Shown here in pieces: positions 9,587 through 17,027 of a DNA stretch of 32,000 nucleotides. Source of the DNA: Nanobdella aerobiophila. Its GTDB lineage: Archaea > Nanobdellota > Nanobdellia > Nanobdellales > Nanobdellaceae. A program made the position numbers and the translations under genes. The stretch spans positions 390,001-422,000 of the forward strand of contig NZ_AP019769.1 of the NCBI RefSeq assembly GCF_023169545.1, written 5' to 3'. The notes beneath the pieces were generated by a model. That model was not told the origin of the DNA. It searched no databases and saw only the letters and a program-made list of their open reading frames with translations. The first letter of the stretch is position 1. Each line of letters opens with the position of its first letter.

Positions 9587-10441
9587 TTAATTATTTACAA
9601 CATTCAATTCTCCTATTTCCTGTTCAGAAAATACAAAATAATTAAATATTAATTCGCCATACAATATATTTTCATTTCCAGCTTGCACTGGTATTTCTAT
9701 ATAATAATTATTTGAACTTGAACTAAAGCTTTCAGAACCAGTATATGTGTATTGGTTACTATTAATATATAGAGTTAGATCATAATTAAATGAGTAATTT
9801 AATAAATTTACAGAATTCAGGTTACAATCTCCTGTAATATCATTATTGGTTATAGAGAATAGATTATTATTATTCTTTATATAAAAATTAACCACTATAT
9901 AATGACCGGAGCTAGAAGGTATTGAATAAAAACTATATATCATTATAGGACTACCTTTAGAATCTATATTATATTCAAAATTGCATTGTTGATTAGAGAA
10001 ACAACCCGAAAAGAAATAGATTGTTTTATATTGATAACATTCATATAAATTAATAGGTACAGTATTAGAACTTAATAAATTAGGATTAGTTAAGGTTATC
10101 TGCCCATTAACTGGTAAAACAAAATTATAGAAATTTTGTGCGCCTAAATTATTGCTATCCTCACAATTAGAACCAGACACCTGAAATCCATTTGGTAATC
10201 CTGCCAAGCATACAGACCAGTCAAGATTTTTATCTGATGTAACTATATTTATCGGTATATTAAAACCAACATCATTAAAAACCTGTGGACTAAATCCTCC
10301 GCCCAAATTTATATTAAAATAAAATACTGTAGAATTTGTACTATTTGTTTGACTAATACTGTTATTTGTTGTAGTAGGACATATAGAAAAGAAAAACAAT
10401 GCAACAAATAGTATAGGAGCAAATATAATAGCCCTAGCCAT
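9587..10441 (-). CDS. Pilin-like / secreted surface protein (284 aa), unknown family
   Basis: N-terminus MARA|IIFAPILFVALFFFSICPTTTNNS: a short basic leader, then about 18 hydrophobic residues, then a Cys-Pro-Thr-Thr and S/T/N-rich linker. The rest is N/S/Y-rich with several Cys. The start overlaps the upstream gene by 8 nt. Confidence 0.6.
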   Translation of the reverse strand: MARAIIFAPILFVALFFFSICPTTTNNSISQTNSTNSTVFYFNINLGGGFSPQVFNDVGFNIPINIVTSDKNLDWSVCLAGLPNGFQVSGSNCEDSNNLGAQNFYNFVLPVNGQITLTNPNLLSSNTVPINLYECYQYKTIYFFSGCFSNQQCNFEYNIDSKGSPIMIYSFYSIPSSSGHYIVVNFYIKNNNNLFSITNNDITGDCNLNSVNLLNYSFNYDLTLYINSNQYTYTGSESFSSSSNNYYIEIPVQAGNENILYGELIFNYFVFSEQEIGELNVVNN

Positions 10442-11420
10442 TTACATCTTTCAATGGTATATTTATTTGTGTTTGTTCTTGACACGTATAAGTTACGTTC
10501 ATCAATATTGCTGCCTGGACTCCAGTATCTGAATTCAAAGCGGACTGTATTGAAGACCCAAGTTGATTCATATTTATAGTACATTCTATATAAGCATCAG
10601 ATAGATAAATATTACCGGATGGGTTACAGGAGAAACCACTGTTACCATTTTGTATTGTTTGAACATTATTTCCGGATGCTATCTGTAACTCTACATTTGA
10701 TATATCTACTTCTGGCAATTGGTCTTGATTTGTATTTAATCCACTAAAGCATCCAGTATCCACTAGAGAAAATGAAAATGCTGCATAACCTCCACCCATA
10801 GTAATGTAAACATTATTAGAATTTGGAACGATCGGTGAAGCCGTATAAAACACAGGATCTGTCTGATTTAAACCTTCCAAAGAATTTACTAATATCATTG
10901 GTATATATATTTGCGTATACATATTTGAAATATTATAATCTATGGTTATTGGTATACTAGATAGTGTTGATTGTAATCCTGAAGGCAATGATAATGTAGC
11001 TGATTGTATTGGTTGTTGCACTGGCTTTATAGAATTGTCTATATAAAATGCGGGATTCGCATTAAAAGAACCTGAAGATGGTGTTAAATCACCGTATGTT
11101 GATATTTGATAATTTACATTAACTGGTTGGTTGGAGCCCAAATAAAAGCTATTTGAAGTCTGTAAAGAGAAAGAATACTGACTACCAGTAGATGGATTAT
11201 AATACAATACTGAAGGACCTACTATTGACAATTGTACATTACCAGGTACACTAGGTGCCCAAGTAGGTTGGTTAAAACTTGGACTCTGCAGATTTAAAGC
11301 ACCTGAAGAGCTACTTTTAGAACTATTTGAAAAACCAGTACTTGGACATACAGCAAAATTAAATAAGATAACAGATAAACCAACCAATGGAATTAATGAT
11401 AATATTTTTTGTCCCTTCAT
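10434..11420 (-). CDS. Pilin-like / secreted surface protein (328 aa), unknown family
   Basis: N-terminus MKG|QKILSLIPLVGLSVILFNFAVCPSTGFSNSSKSSSS. The mature part is S/N/Q/T/P-rich. I count no Arg and about five Lys. Confidence 0.6.
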   Translation of the reverse strand: MKGQKILSLIPLVGLSVILFNFAVCPSTGFSNSSKSSSSGALNLQSPSFNQPTWAPSVPGNVQLSIVGPSVLYYNPSTGSQYSFSLQTSNSFYLGSNQPVNVNYQISTYGDLTPSSGSFNANPAFYIDNSIKPVQQPIQSATLSLPSGLQSTLSSIPITIDYNISNMYTQIYIPMILVNSLEGLNQTDPVFYTASPIVPNSNNVYITMGGGYAAFSFSLVDTGCFSGLNTNQDQLPEVDISNVELQIASGNNVQTIQNGNSGFSCNPSGNIYLSDAYIECTINMNQLGSSIQSALNSDTGVQAAILMNVTYTCQEQTQINIPLKDVNG

Positions 11421-11459
11421 AAATATTATTTAAAACTTAGTATATATAAATATTTATAC

Positions 11460-12686
11460 CTAGCCAGGATAATAATTTAATGTATTAGAAGCACTCAATA
11501 AATAATTATAACTTAGATCTGATACTACAGAAATTGTTGAATAACCAGAGAATCCAGATGATCCGGATATACATATAGGAATCGCTACAATGAAATTATT
11601 ATTACTATTTTGAAGATATTGTAAGTACTTATTATTTATAATAATATTACAGGAATTTCCACCACAAGTTAATGCATACGAATAATTATTTCCAAAACTA
11701 TAACTATCCGAACAACCAGAATTTGATAAATATTCTAGATTAATTTCATTATTATTGTATATAAACTGTATACTCCAGCTATTAATATTTGCTAGATTTT
11801 GAAGAGAACTAATAGATAATAATATAACATCATAGGATGTATCCTGATTTTGTAATAATACAGGATATCCTGTTGACTTTCCTACTCTAGCAATTTCAAT
11901 ATATGGATAATTGTATAAACTGTTATATAGATCTACATCATAATTATTTTCATTTAGATTTAGATATTGATATATATTCTCATTTTTCTGATTTGCAACG
12001 GCAGCAATAGGTATACTTACTGCCAAGAAATTATATAATGAAGTGGCATTAATATCGTATATTACTGCATTTAAAGTATTATATATATAAAAACCCTGAT
12101 TATTAAGATAAGGACAGGAACTATAATTTAGTTTCGTATTATAGTTACATTCAATAGTATTTATACCATTAAATGATGATAGAGATATGCTTGTGGGACT
12201 TGATGAAGTTTCATTTACAAAATTGCTAAAACAATAATCTAATTCTATCGGATAACTATAAGTACAATTAAATTGAACATTATTATTTAAATTCTGATTT
12301 GATGGTAATGAATACTGAAATATAAATTCCGAAACTGTAGGAGTAGTCATATTATTTTGAGCAACGCCTGCAACACCTGTAATAGGTGATAATTTAATAT
12401 AATAATTATATATTTGCTGCTGCTGAGGTTGACTAGTAAATAATTGAGACTCTGCATATTGATCGGGATTGGATAGTACATTAAGAGCAGTTTGGAAAGA
12501 ACTATAAAAACCAGAATAAACCTTGGATACAGAATTTACTGTATTACCTACACTATTTTCATAGAATGGATTGACAATTCTCGAAAATATATAATTTCTA
12601 ACAATAGGACCATAAAAGAACCATATAAAAACTATACCAACGATAAGAACTATAAATAATATTAAGGCTCCAGTAGCAGATCTCAT
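11460..12686 (-). CDS. Pilin-like surface protein (408 aa), unknown family
   Basis: N-terminus MRSATG|ALILFIVLIVGIVFIWFFYGPIV. The mature part is N/S/Y-rich with many N-x-S/T sequons and several Cys. It starts 1 nt after the upstream gene. Confidence 0.6.
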   Translation of the reverse strand: MRSATGALILFIVLIVGIVFIWFFYGPIVRNYIFSRIVNPFYENSVGNTVNSVSKVYSGFYSSFQTALNVLSNPDQYAESQLFTSQPQQQQIYNYYIKLSPITGVAGVAQNNMTTPTVSEFIFQYSLPSNQNLNNNVQFNCTYSYPIELDYCFSNFVNETSSSPTSISLSSFNGINTIECNYNTKLNYSSCPYLNNQGFYIYNTLNAVIYDINATSLYNFLAVSIPIAAVANQKNENIYQYLNLNENNYDVDLYNSLYNYPYIEIARVGKSTGYPVLLQNQDTSYDVILLSISSLQNLANINSWSIQFIYNNNEINLEYLSNSGCSDSYSFGNNYSYALTCGGNSCNIIINNKYLQYLQNSNNNFIVAIPICISGSSGFSGYSTISVVSDLSYNYLLSASNTLNYYPG

Positions 12687-12687
12687 A

Positions 12688-13737
12688 TTATGATAATTGT
12701 AACATTGAAATATATAAATAGTTATATGGCTTTAATGCAAGTAAGTTCTGGGATAATATACAATCAGATATATTTATGGAATATTCTAATTGAGTAGAAT
12801 TTATATTATAATAGCAATTCTGATTTATTGCTAGTTCTCCAGAACCTTGAGAAACTATAATATCTAATATATTGTTGGATAGATTATTTGGAAATGACAA
12901 ATAGAATACATTACTGCTAGATTCTATATATAAATTTTGGATATCTATTGGATAATTAGAAGTTAATGATATTAGATTATTTCCTATATTTAGATATTGA
13001 TTTAAGGAAATTGTATTAGAGCAAGAATATAAATATATACTATTTCCATTCACAGTTAAGTCTACATCCTGTGGCTGATATGGACAAAAATTATAGTATA
13101 ATACTGAATCTCCACTGACATAATAATAATTAAAATTTAATGAAGAAACTATTAAATAATTTATATCTAGATTATTTAGAGATCCATGAGAATTAAAAAT
13201 AAGACTATCTGGAACAAATTCAATTTTTATATTATTATCACCATTATTTAGATAACTGCCTGGTACAAATATGCTCACTAGATTATTTGTACAAGAGCCA
13301 TATATTTTATAATTATTTATATATATATTAAACTGACCATTATTACAGCTTTCTAAAAAAGAAATATTTATCGCAGAATATTCGGTACTATTATAATAGA
13401 AATATATATTCTTTTCCTCAACACCATAAAATACATTCGTATTAAAGTTTATATTACCTATAGGTATTTGATAATAATTAATATAATTGCCTATAGTATA
13501 ATTATTTGCTATATAATAATAAGAATAACTATTAGATAATTCTATATTCTGGAAAATATATTGGGATGGCGCCGAAGATACATTGGTAGGATATAGTAAT
13601 GGTAAATTAGTACCATTAATTAATGATTGTAATACGATTGGCTTATACTGGGCAGGAAGAATTAACCAATATATGAAAAATATAATACCCAATAATATAA
13701 AGAAAAATCCCACCAATACAGTCTGACCTTTACTCAT
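12688..13737 (-). CDS. Pilin-like surface protein (349 aa), unknown family
   Basis: N-terminus MSKG|QTVLVGFFFILLGIIFFIYWLIL, a KGQ-type class III signal pattern. The mature part is N/Y/S-rich and has three Cys pairs spaced about 20-25 aa apart. Confidence 0.6.
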   Translation of the reverse strand: MSKGQTVLVGFFFILLGIIFFIYWLILPAQYKPIVLQSLINGTNLPLLYPTNVSSAPSQYIFQNIELSNSYSYYYIANNYTIGNYINYYQIPIGNINFNTNVFYGVEEKNIYFYYNSTEYSAINISFLESCNNGQFNIYINNYKIYGSCTNNLVSIFVPGSYLNNGDNNIKIEFVPDSLIFNSHGSLNNLDINYLIVSSLNFNYYYVSGDSVLYYNFCPYQPQDVDLTVNGNSIYLYSCSNTISLNQYLNIGNNLISLTSNYPIDIQNLYIESSSNVFYLSFPNNLSNNILDIIVSQGSGELAINQNCYYNINSTQLEYSINISDCILSQNLLALKPYNYLYISMLQLS

Positions 13738-13761
13738 TAATTCTAGGATATTCTTTAATAT

Positions 13762-14778
13762 TTATATTTTATACCTTAATTTACCAACAATACCAAATTT
13801 ATTTACTAGATCATAATAGACTACGGACTCATTTATAAAGTATATATCAGCATCTATATCATTCAATACATCAAATAATGATAATAATTTATTAAAATTT
13901 TCAGTTTGCTTCAACTTATCAAAATAATCTTCAGAAACTAATATATATTCTATATTATTTTGTAGTGCATAATTATATGTTTCGTCTAAACCGTATGATA
14001 TCAGTTCTTTGGTCATATAGTACAATATATCATTAGTTAATTTATTTAGTTTTAATATTTCTAGCTCTTTTAGAGTTTCTAAATATTCATATCTTTTCGA
14101 AAATTCGTATATACCGCTTGATCCACCTATAGAAACCTTAAAAGCCAATATTTTATCTATTTTTATCTTATCTTTTATATAATTATAAAAATTATCTGGA
14201 TAAAAAGCAGGTCCTACTATACATAATATCCTTGGACTATAATTAGTTAGAATGTCTATATATTTTGAATATACTTTATATAATTTAGAATCAAAATTTG
14301 GGTCGTCTTTTGGTATATTTATATCCGATTCAGATATAATCTTTATATCATCATCTATATAACCTAAAGCAATACTATTATTGTCTAAAGAAATTATATA
14401 TATTACTTCCTTATCTTTTTCAGATTTTTTTAAAAGTTCTAATTCATATTTTTTAAACCCATTATTTTTAACCAACTCAAACTCGGAACCTATCTTTATT
14501 TCAAATGTATGAAAGTGCCCTATTATATCCTCTTCATTAGAAGATATGACCTTACCAGAAGTTCTTATAGAATCCTTATATTCAGAAAATTTTATATCTT
14601 CTACTTGTAATTTTAATTTTATTTTCCTTTTTTCTTTGCTATTATCATATTTTAATACTCTATAATCTTCTCCAGATATGATATCACCTTTATTTATTAT
14701 CTTATATAAAAATAATAAATCCCTCTTAACCTTAACATTTATCTTTATTGTTTTTTTATCTACAGAAATATATTTCAT
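13762..14778 (-). CDS. pelA: Pelota (aDom34) mRNA surveillance / ribosome rescue factor
   Basis: 338 aa. The N-terminal region ...KRDLLFLYKIINKGDIISGEDYRV... matches the Pelota LWHLYN..GD pattern. The C-terminal part has eRF1-like domains with GPAFYPDNFYNYI and SIGGSSGIYE. Confidence 0.8.
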   Translation of the reverse strand: MKYISVDKKTIKINVKVKRDLLFLYKIINKGDIISGEDYRVLKYDNSKEKRKIKLKLQVEDIKFSEYKDSIRTSGKVISSNEEDIIGHFHTFEIKIGSEFELVKNNGFKKYELELLKKSEKDKEVIYIISLDNNSIALGYIDDDIKIISESDINIPKDDPNFDSKLYKVYSKYIDILTNYSPRILCIVGPAFYPDNFYNYIKDKIKIDKILAFKVSIGGSSGIYEFSKRYEYLETLKELEILKLNKLTNDILYYMTKELISYGLDETYNYALQNNIEYILVSEDYFDKLKQTENFNKLLSLFDVLNDIDADIYFINESVVYYDLVNKFGIVGKLRYKI

Positions 14779-15767
14779 AATATAGATAGTAATAAAGCTA
14801 GAAAAATTGGCGGGATAAATGGAGCACCTTCCATTACTTTTAATTCTATATTATTATATTTCGACAACTCTTTCAATATATTGATTTCTTCCAATGAAAG
14901 ACCTTGATTTCCACTAAATAACCTATTTTGGGATATATTATATATTATTAGTATTATAAAAAAAGAAATTGTTGATATATAAATATTAAATATATATAGA
15001 ATCATTGGAACCAGGGATAGAATTATTATTAATATAGAGCTAATATACTTATTTTTATCCTTAAAAGATAATATATAATTATCTCCTTCTTTTCTAACAT
15101 TAAAATATCTATTTACCTTACTATATACGCTATCTGGAATATTAGAAATAATTATATTATCATCAATCCAATCACCTTCTACAAGTTTATCAACAGTTCT
15201 TGTATATATCAATCTACTTCTTAGATCTTTCTCAAATATTCTAAATATAAAGTAAGATATATAGAGTAATATCATTGAATATATAATATAATATATTTGA
15301 AAATTATATATGAATAAATATATTATATAAATAGCTACCAACAATAATACTATATTTAGCAAAGATAAAGAGAAATATTTCTTGTTTTTATTATAATAAA
15401 CTTTTAAACCTTCGATATTGTGAAATATAAAGGCGAATAACACTAAATAAAATATAAATGATATGATATTATTCAAATTAATAAATGAAAACAATATAGA
15501 AATGCCAAAAAATATGTATAAATCTCCAATAGCTAACAACTTAAATACATATAATAAAGTAAACAATAATAAGACTAAATATGATATTATAATATATATT
15601 GAAAATATATTATAAAAGAATATTATATATGAAAATGAGAATAAATTAAATATGAAAAATATATATAATATTATATCATCTACAGCTTTATATCTAATAT
15701 CCTGATATGTAGAATAAAATAATAATAAGAAGTCAACAATATATATAGTATACAGATATTCATACAT
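14775..15767 (-). CDS. Type IV prepilin/preflagellin peptidase, A24 family (FlaK/PibD/EppA-like)
   Basis: Polytopic membrane protein. Counting from the internal Met (MYEYLYTIYIV...), the motifs YQDIRYKAVDD and LLAIGDLY place Asp residues at positions 23 and 82. These are close to the catalytic D23/D80 of Sulfolobus PibD. A soluble insert lies between TM blocks as in FlaK, and the C-terminus has GAPFIPPIFLAL. The listed ORF start (15821, GTG) is probably an artefactual extension. Confidence 0.6.
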   Translation of the reverse strand: MYEYLYTIYIVDFLLLFYSTYQDIRYKAVDDIILYIFFIFNLFSFSYIIFFYNIFSIYIIISYLVLLLFTLLYVFKLLAIGDLYIFFGISILFSFINLNNIISFIFYLVLFAFIFHNIEGLKVYYNKNKKYFSLSLLNIVLLLVAIYIIYLFIYNFQIYYIIYSMILLYISYFIFRIFEKDLRSRLIYTRTVDKLVEGDWIDDNIIISNIPDSVYSKVNRYFNVRKEGDNYILSFKDKNKYISSILIIILSLVPMILYIFNIYISTISFFIILIIYNISQNRLFSGNQGLSLEEINILKELSKYNNIELKVMEGAPFIPPIFLALLLSIL

Positions 15768-15797
15768 AAAGTTAAAAATTGTATTATATTTAATAAA

Positions 15798-15854
15798 TAT
15801 TATGATGATGTGAGCACCCACTGAGATTATGATGATGCAAAGTAAACTGATGTG
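15798..15854 (+). ncRNA. C/D box sRNA (2'-O-methylation guide)
   Basis: t-ATGATGA(C, 15802-15808)-TGTGAGCACCCA(12 nt)-CTGA(D', 15821-15824)-GATT-ATGATGA(C', 15829-15835)-TGCAAAGTAAA(11 nt)-CTGA(D, 15847-15850). All four boxes are perfect and the spacing is canonical for archaea. It lies in the gap between the peptidase gene and the IS relic. Confidence 0.8.
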
Positions 15855-15856
15855 AA

Positions 15857-16528
15857 CTACTCCGTCCTTACTAACGGAGCATCTCGCGATGGAGATTTCC
15901 TGCTTCTTCCAGGAAACTTACTATACACACTCTCAGAGAAGAGTATGTATAGCAGAGGTTCCCTGTCCACAGGCTCTAAGGGCAGTCCCGACCCCGAACG
16001 AAGAATATTTAGAGATGCATTATAATCACGATCTACAGTCCAACCGCATTTAGAGCAAGTGAAGGTACGATCAGAAAGAGTTAGATCTTTTTTCACATAT
16101 CCACATTTAGCACATGTTCTTGAAGTATTTCTAGGATCTACTTTCACTACCCTCCTACCAGCTCTTTCAGCCTTATAGGAGAGGTAGCTTATGAACTTGG
16201 AGAAATTAGAGTGAAGAGTGTGTTTTTTCAAAGTTTTACTTGTACTATTCTCAACGATTTTCTTCACATCAAGGTCTTCCACGTATATTTCATCATACTG
16301 TTCAACAAGCCACGAAGTCACCTTATGAATATAATCACTCATCAAGTCTTTCAACATGTTTTGAGTGTCCTTAGGTGTTATCTTTTTCCCTTCTTTCCCT
16401 GAGTTATTCACTATGTCTAGTAATGCGTTGTATACTTTAGCTTCAATTTGCATAACCTTGAGCAATCTTTCCTCTACTTTTTTCGTTGGATAAATTCTGT
16501 ACTTGAACGAGAGTTGAATTTTATCACT
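15857..16528 (-). pseudogene. tnpB: TnpB (IS200/IS605 OrfB) relic with internal deletion and lost start codon
   Basis: The C-terminal half is intact: DYIHKVTSWLVEQYDEIYVEDLDV (RuvC-II Glu), the zinc finger TSRTCAKCGY...FTCSKCGW, and DRDYNASLNIL (RuvC-III Asp). The same frame, open up to 16528, encodes QLSFKYRIYPTKKVEERLLKV..VYNALLD, the typical TnpB N-terminus. About 170-200 aa in between are missing, including the RuvC-I GIDLG region. No ATG/GTG/TTG precedes FKYRIYP, and an in-frame TAG lies at 16529-16531. Confidence 0.8.
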
Positions 16529-16645
16529 CTACTCCTTGGCTCTCCACATATTCTATAATAATATTTGCCTTCTAATCTATAAAAATATTTCTATAAGGGG
16601 ACTATCCATTCCCCTGACAGAAGGGGCTTCTGCCTCCTAACCCCC
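15857..16645 (-). mobile_element. Degenerate IS200/IS605-family (IS1341-like, tnpB-only) element; boundaries approximate
   Basis: The block is visibly G+C-richer than the surrounding very A+T-rich DNA. It carries the tnpB relic and has G+C-rich hairpins at both ends (16597-16614 and 16618-16632; 15860-15879). Confidence 0.65.
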
Positions 16646-16679
16646 AAAAGTTAAAAATTCTAAAAATTCCTATCTATAT

Positions 16680-17027
16680 ATGCCATTGATAATACCTTCT
16701 CCAGAATATAGCAAGAGGAGAAGAATATTAGAATTAGATCGAAAAATTAAGAAGGCTGAGAAAAACAAAAACGGAAAATTAAATGTAATATTAAAGAAAA
16801 CAATAAATATAAATAATCCTACAGAAAGTATAAGGCTAATATCAATGCTAAATAAGCTAGAACAAGAAGGATATTTTGATGAACTATATATAGTAAGATA
16901 TAATCAACTATTAGATTCAATAGACTTACTAAAGAATACAGAAAAAGAACTACCGAAGGAGGATTTAATAAAACTATACAACATTGTAAGTAAATTGATA
17001 GATATAGTCAATAAGTTAAAAAAATAA
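16680..17027 (+). CDS. Hypothetical protein (115 aa, basic/helical)
   Basis: ORF directly after the IS relic, with an AAAAGTTAAAAATT TATA-like element about 25 nt upstream of the ATG. No recognisable motif. Confidence 0.45.
   Translation: MPLIIPSPEYSKRRRILELDRKIKKAEKNKNGKLNVILKKTININNPTESIRLISMLNKLEQEGYFDELYIVRYNQLLDSIDLLKNTEKELPKEDLIKLYNIVSKLIDIVNKLKK

Noticed and set aside
10309-10584. 91-aa minus-strand ORF in an alternative frame across the junction of two surface-protein genes
   Set aside because: It overlaps two longer same-strand ORFs that have coherent signal peptides, and it has no start context of its own.
14340-14364. C-box-like ATGATGA followed 14 nt later by CTGA on the minus strand
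   Set aside because: It lies inside the Pelota coding frame. It is only a half unit with no C'/D pair, and the spacer is longer than in the two convincing sRNAs.
15768-15821. N-terminal extension MGAHIIIIFIKYNTIFNF of the peptidase ORF (GTG start)
   Set aside because: Starting at the Met at 15767 places the catalytic Asp residues at PibD-like positions. The extension is simply the reverse complement of the C/D box sRNA (ATGATGATG gives His/Ile codons).
16211-16402. 63-aa plus-strand ORF
   Set aside because: Antisense to the tnpB relic, whose frame carries unmistakable TnpB motifs.
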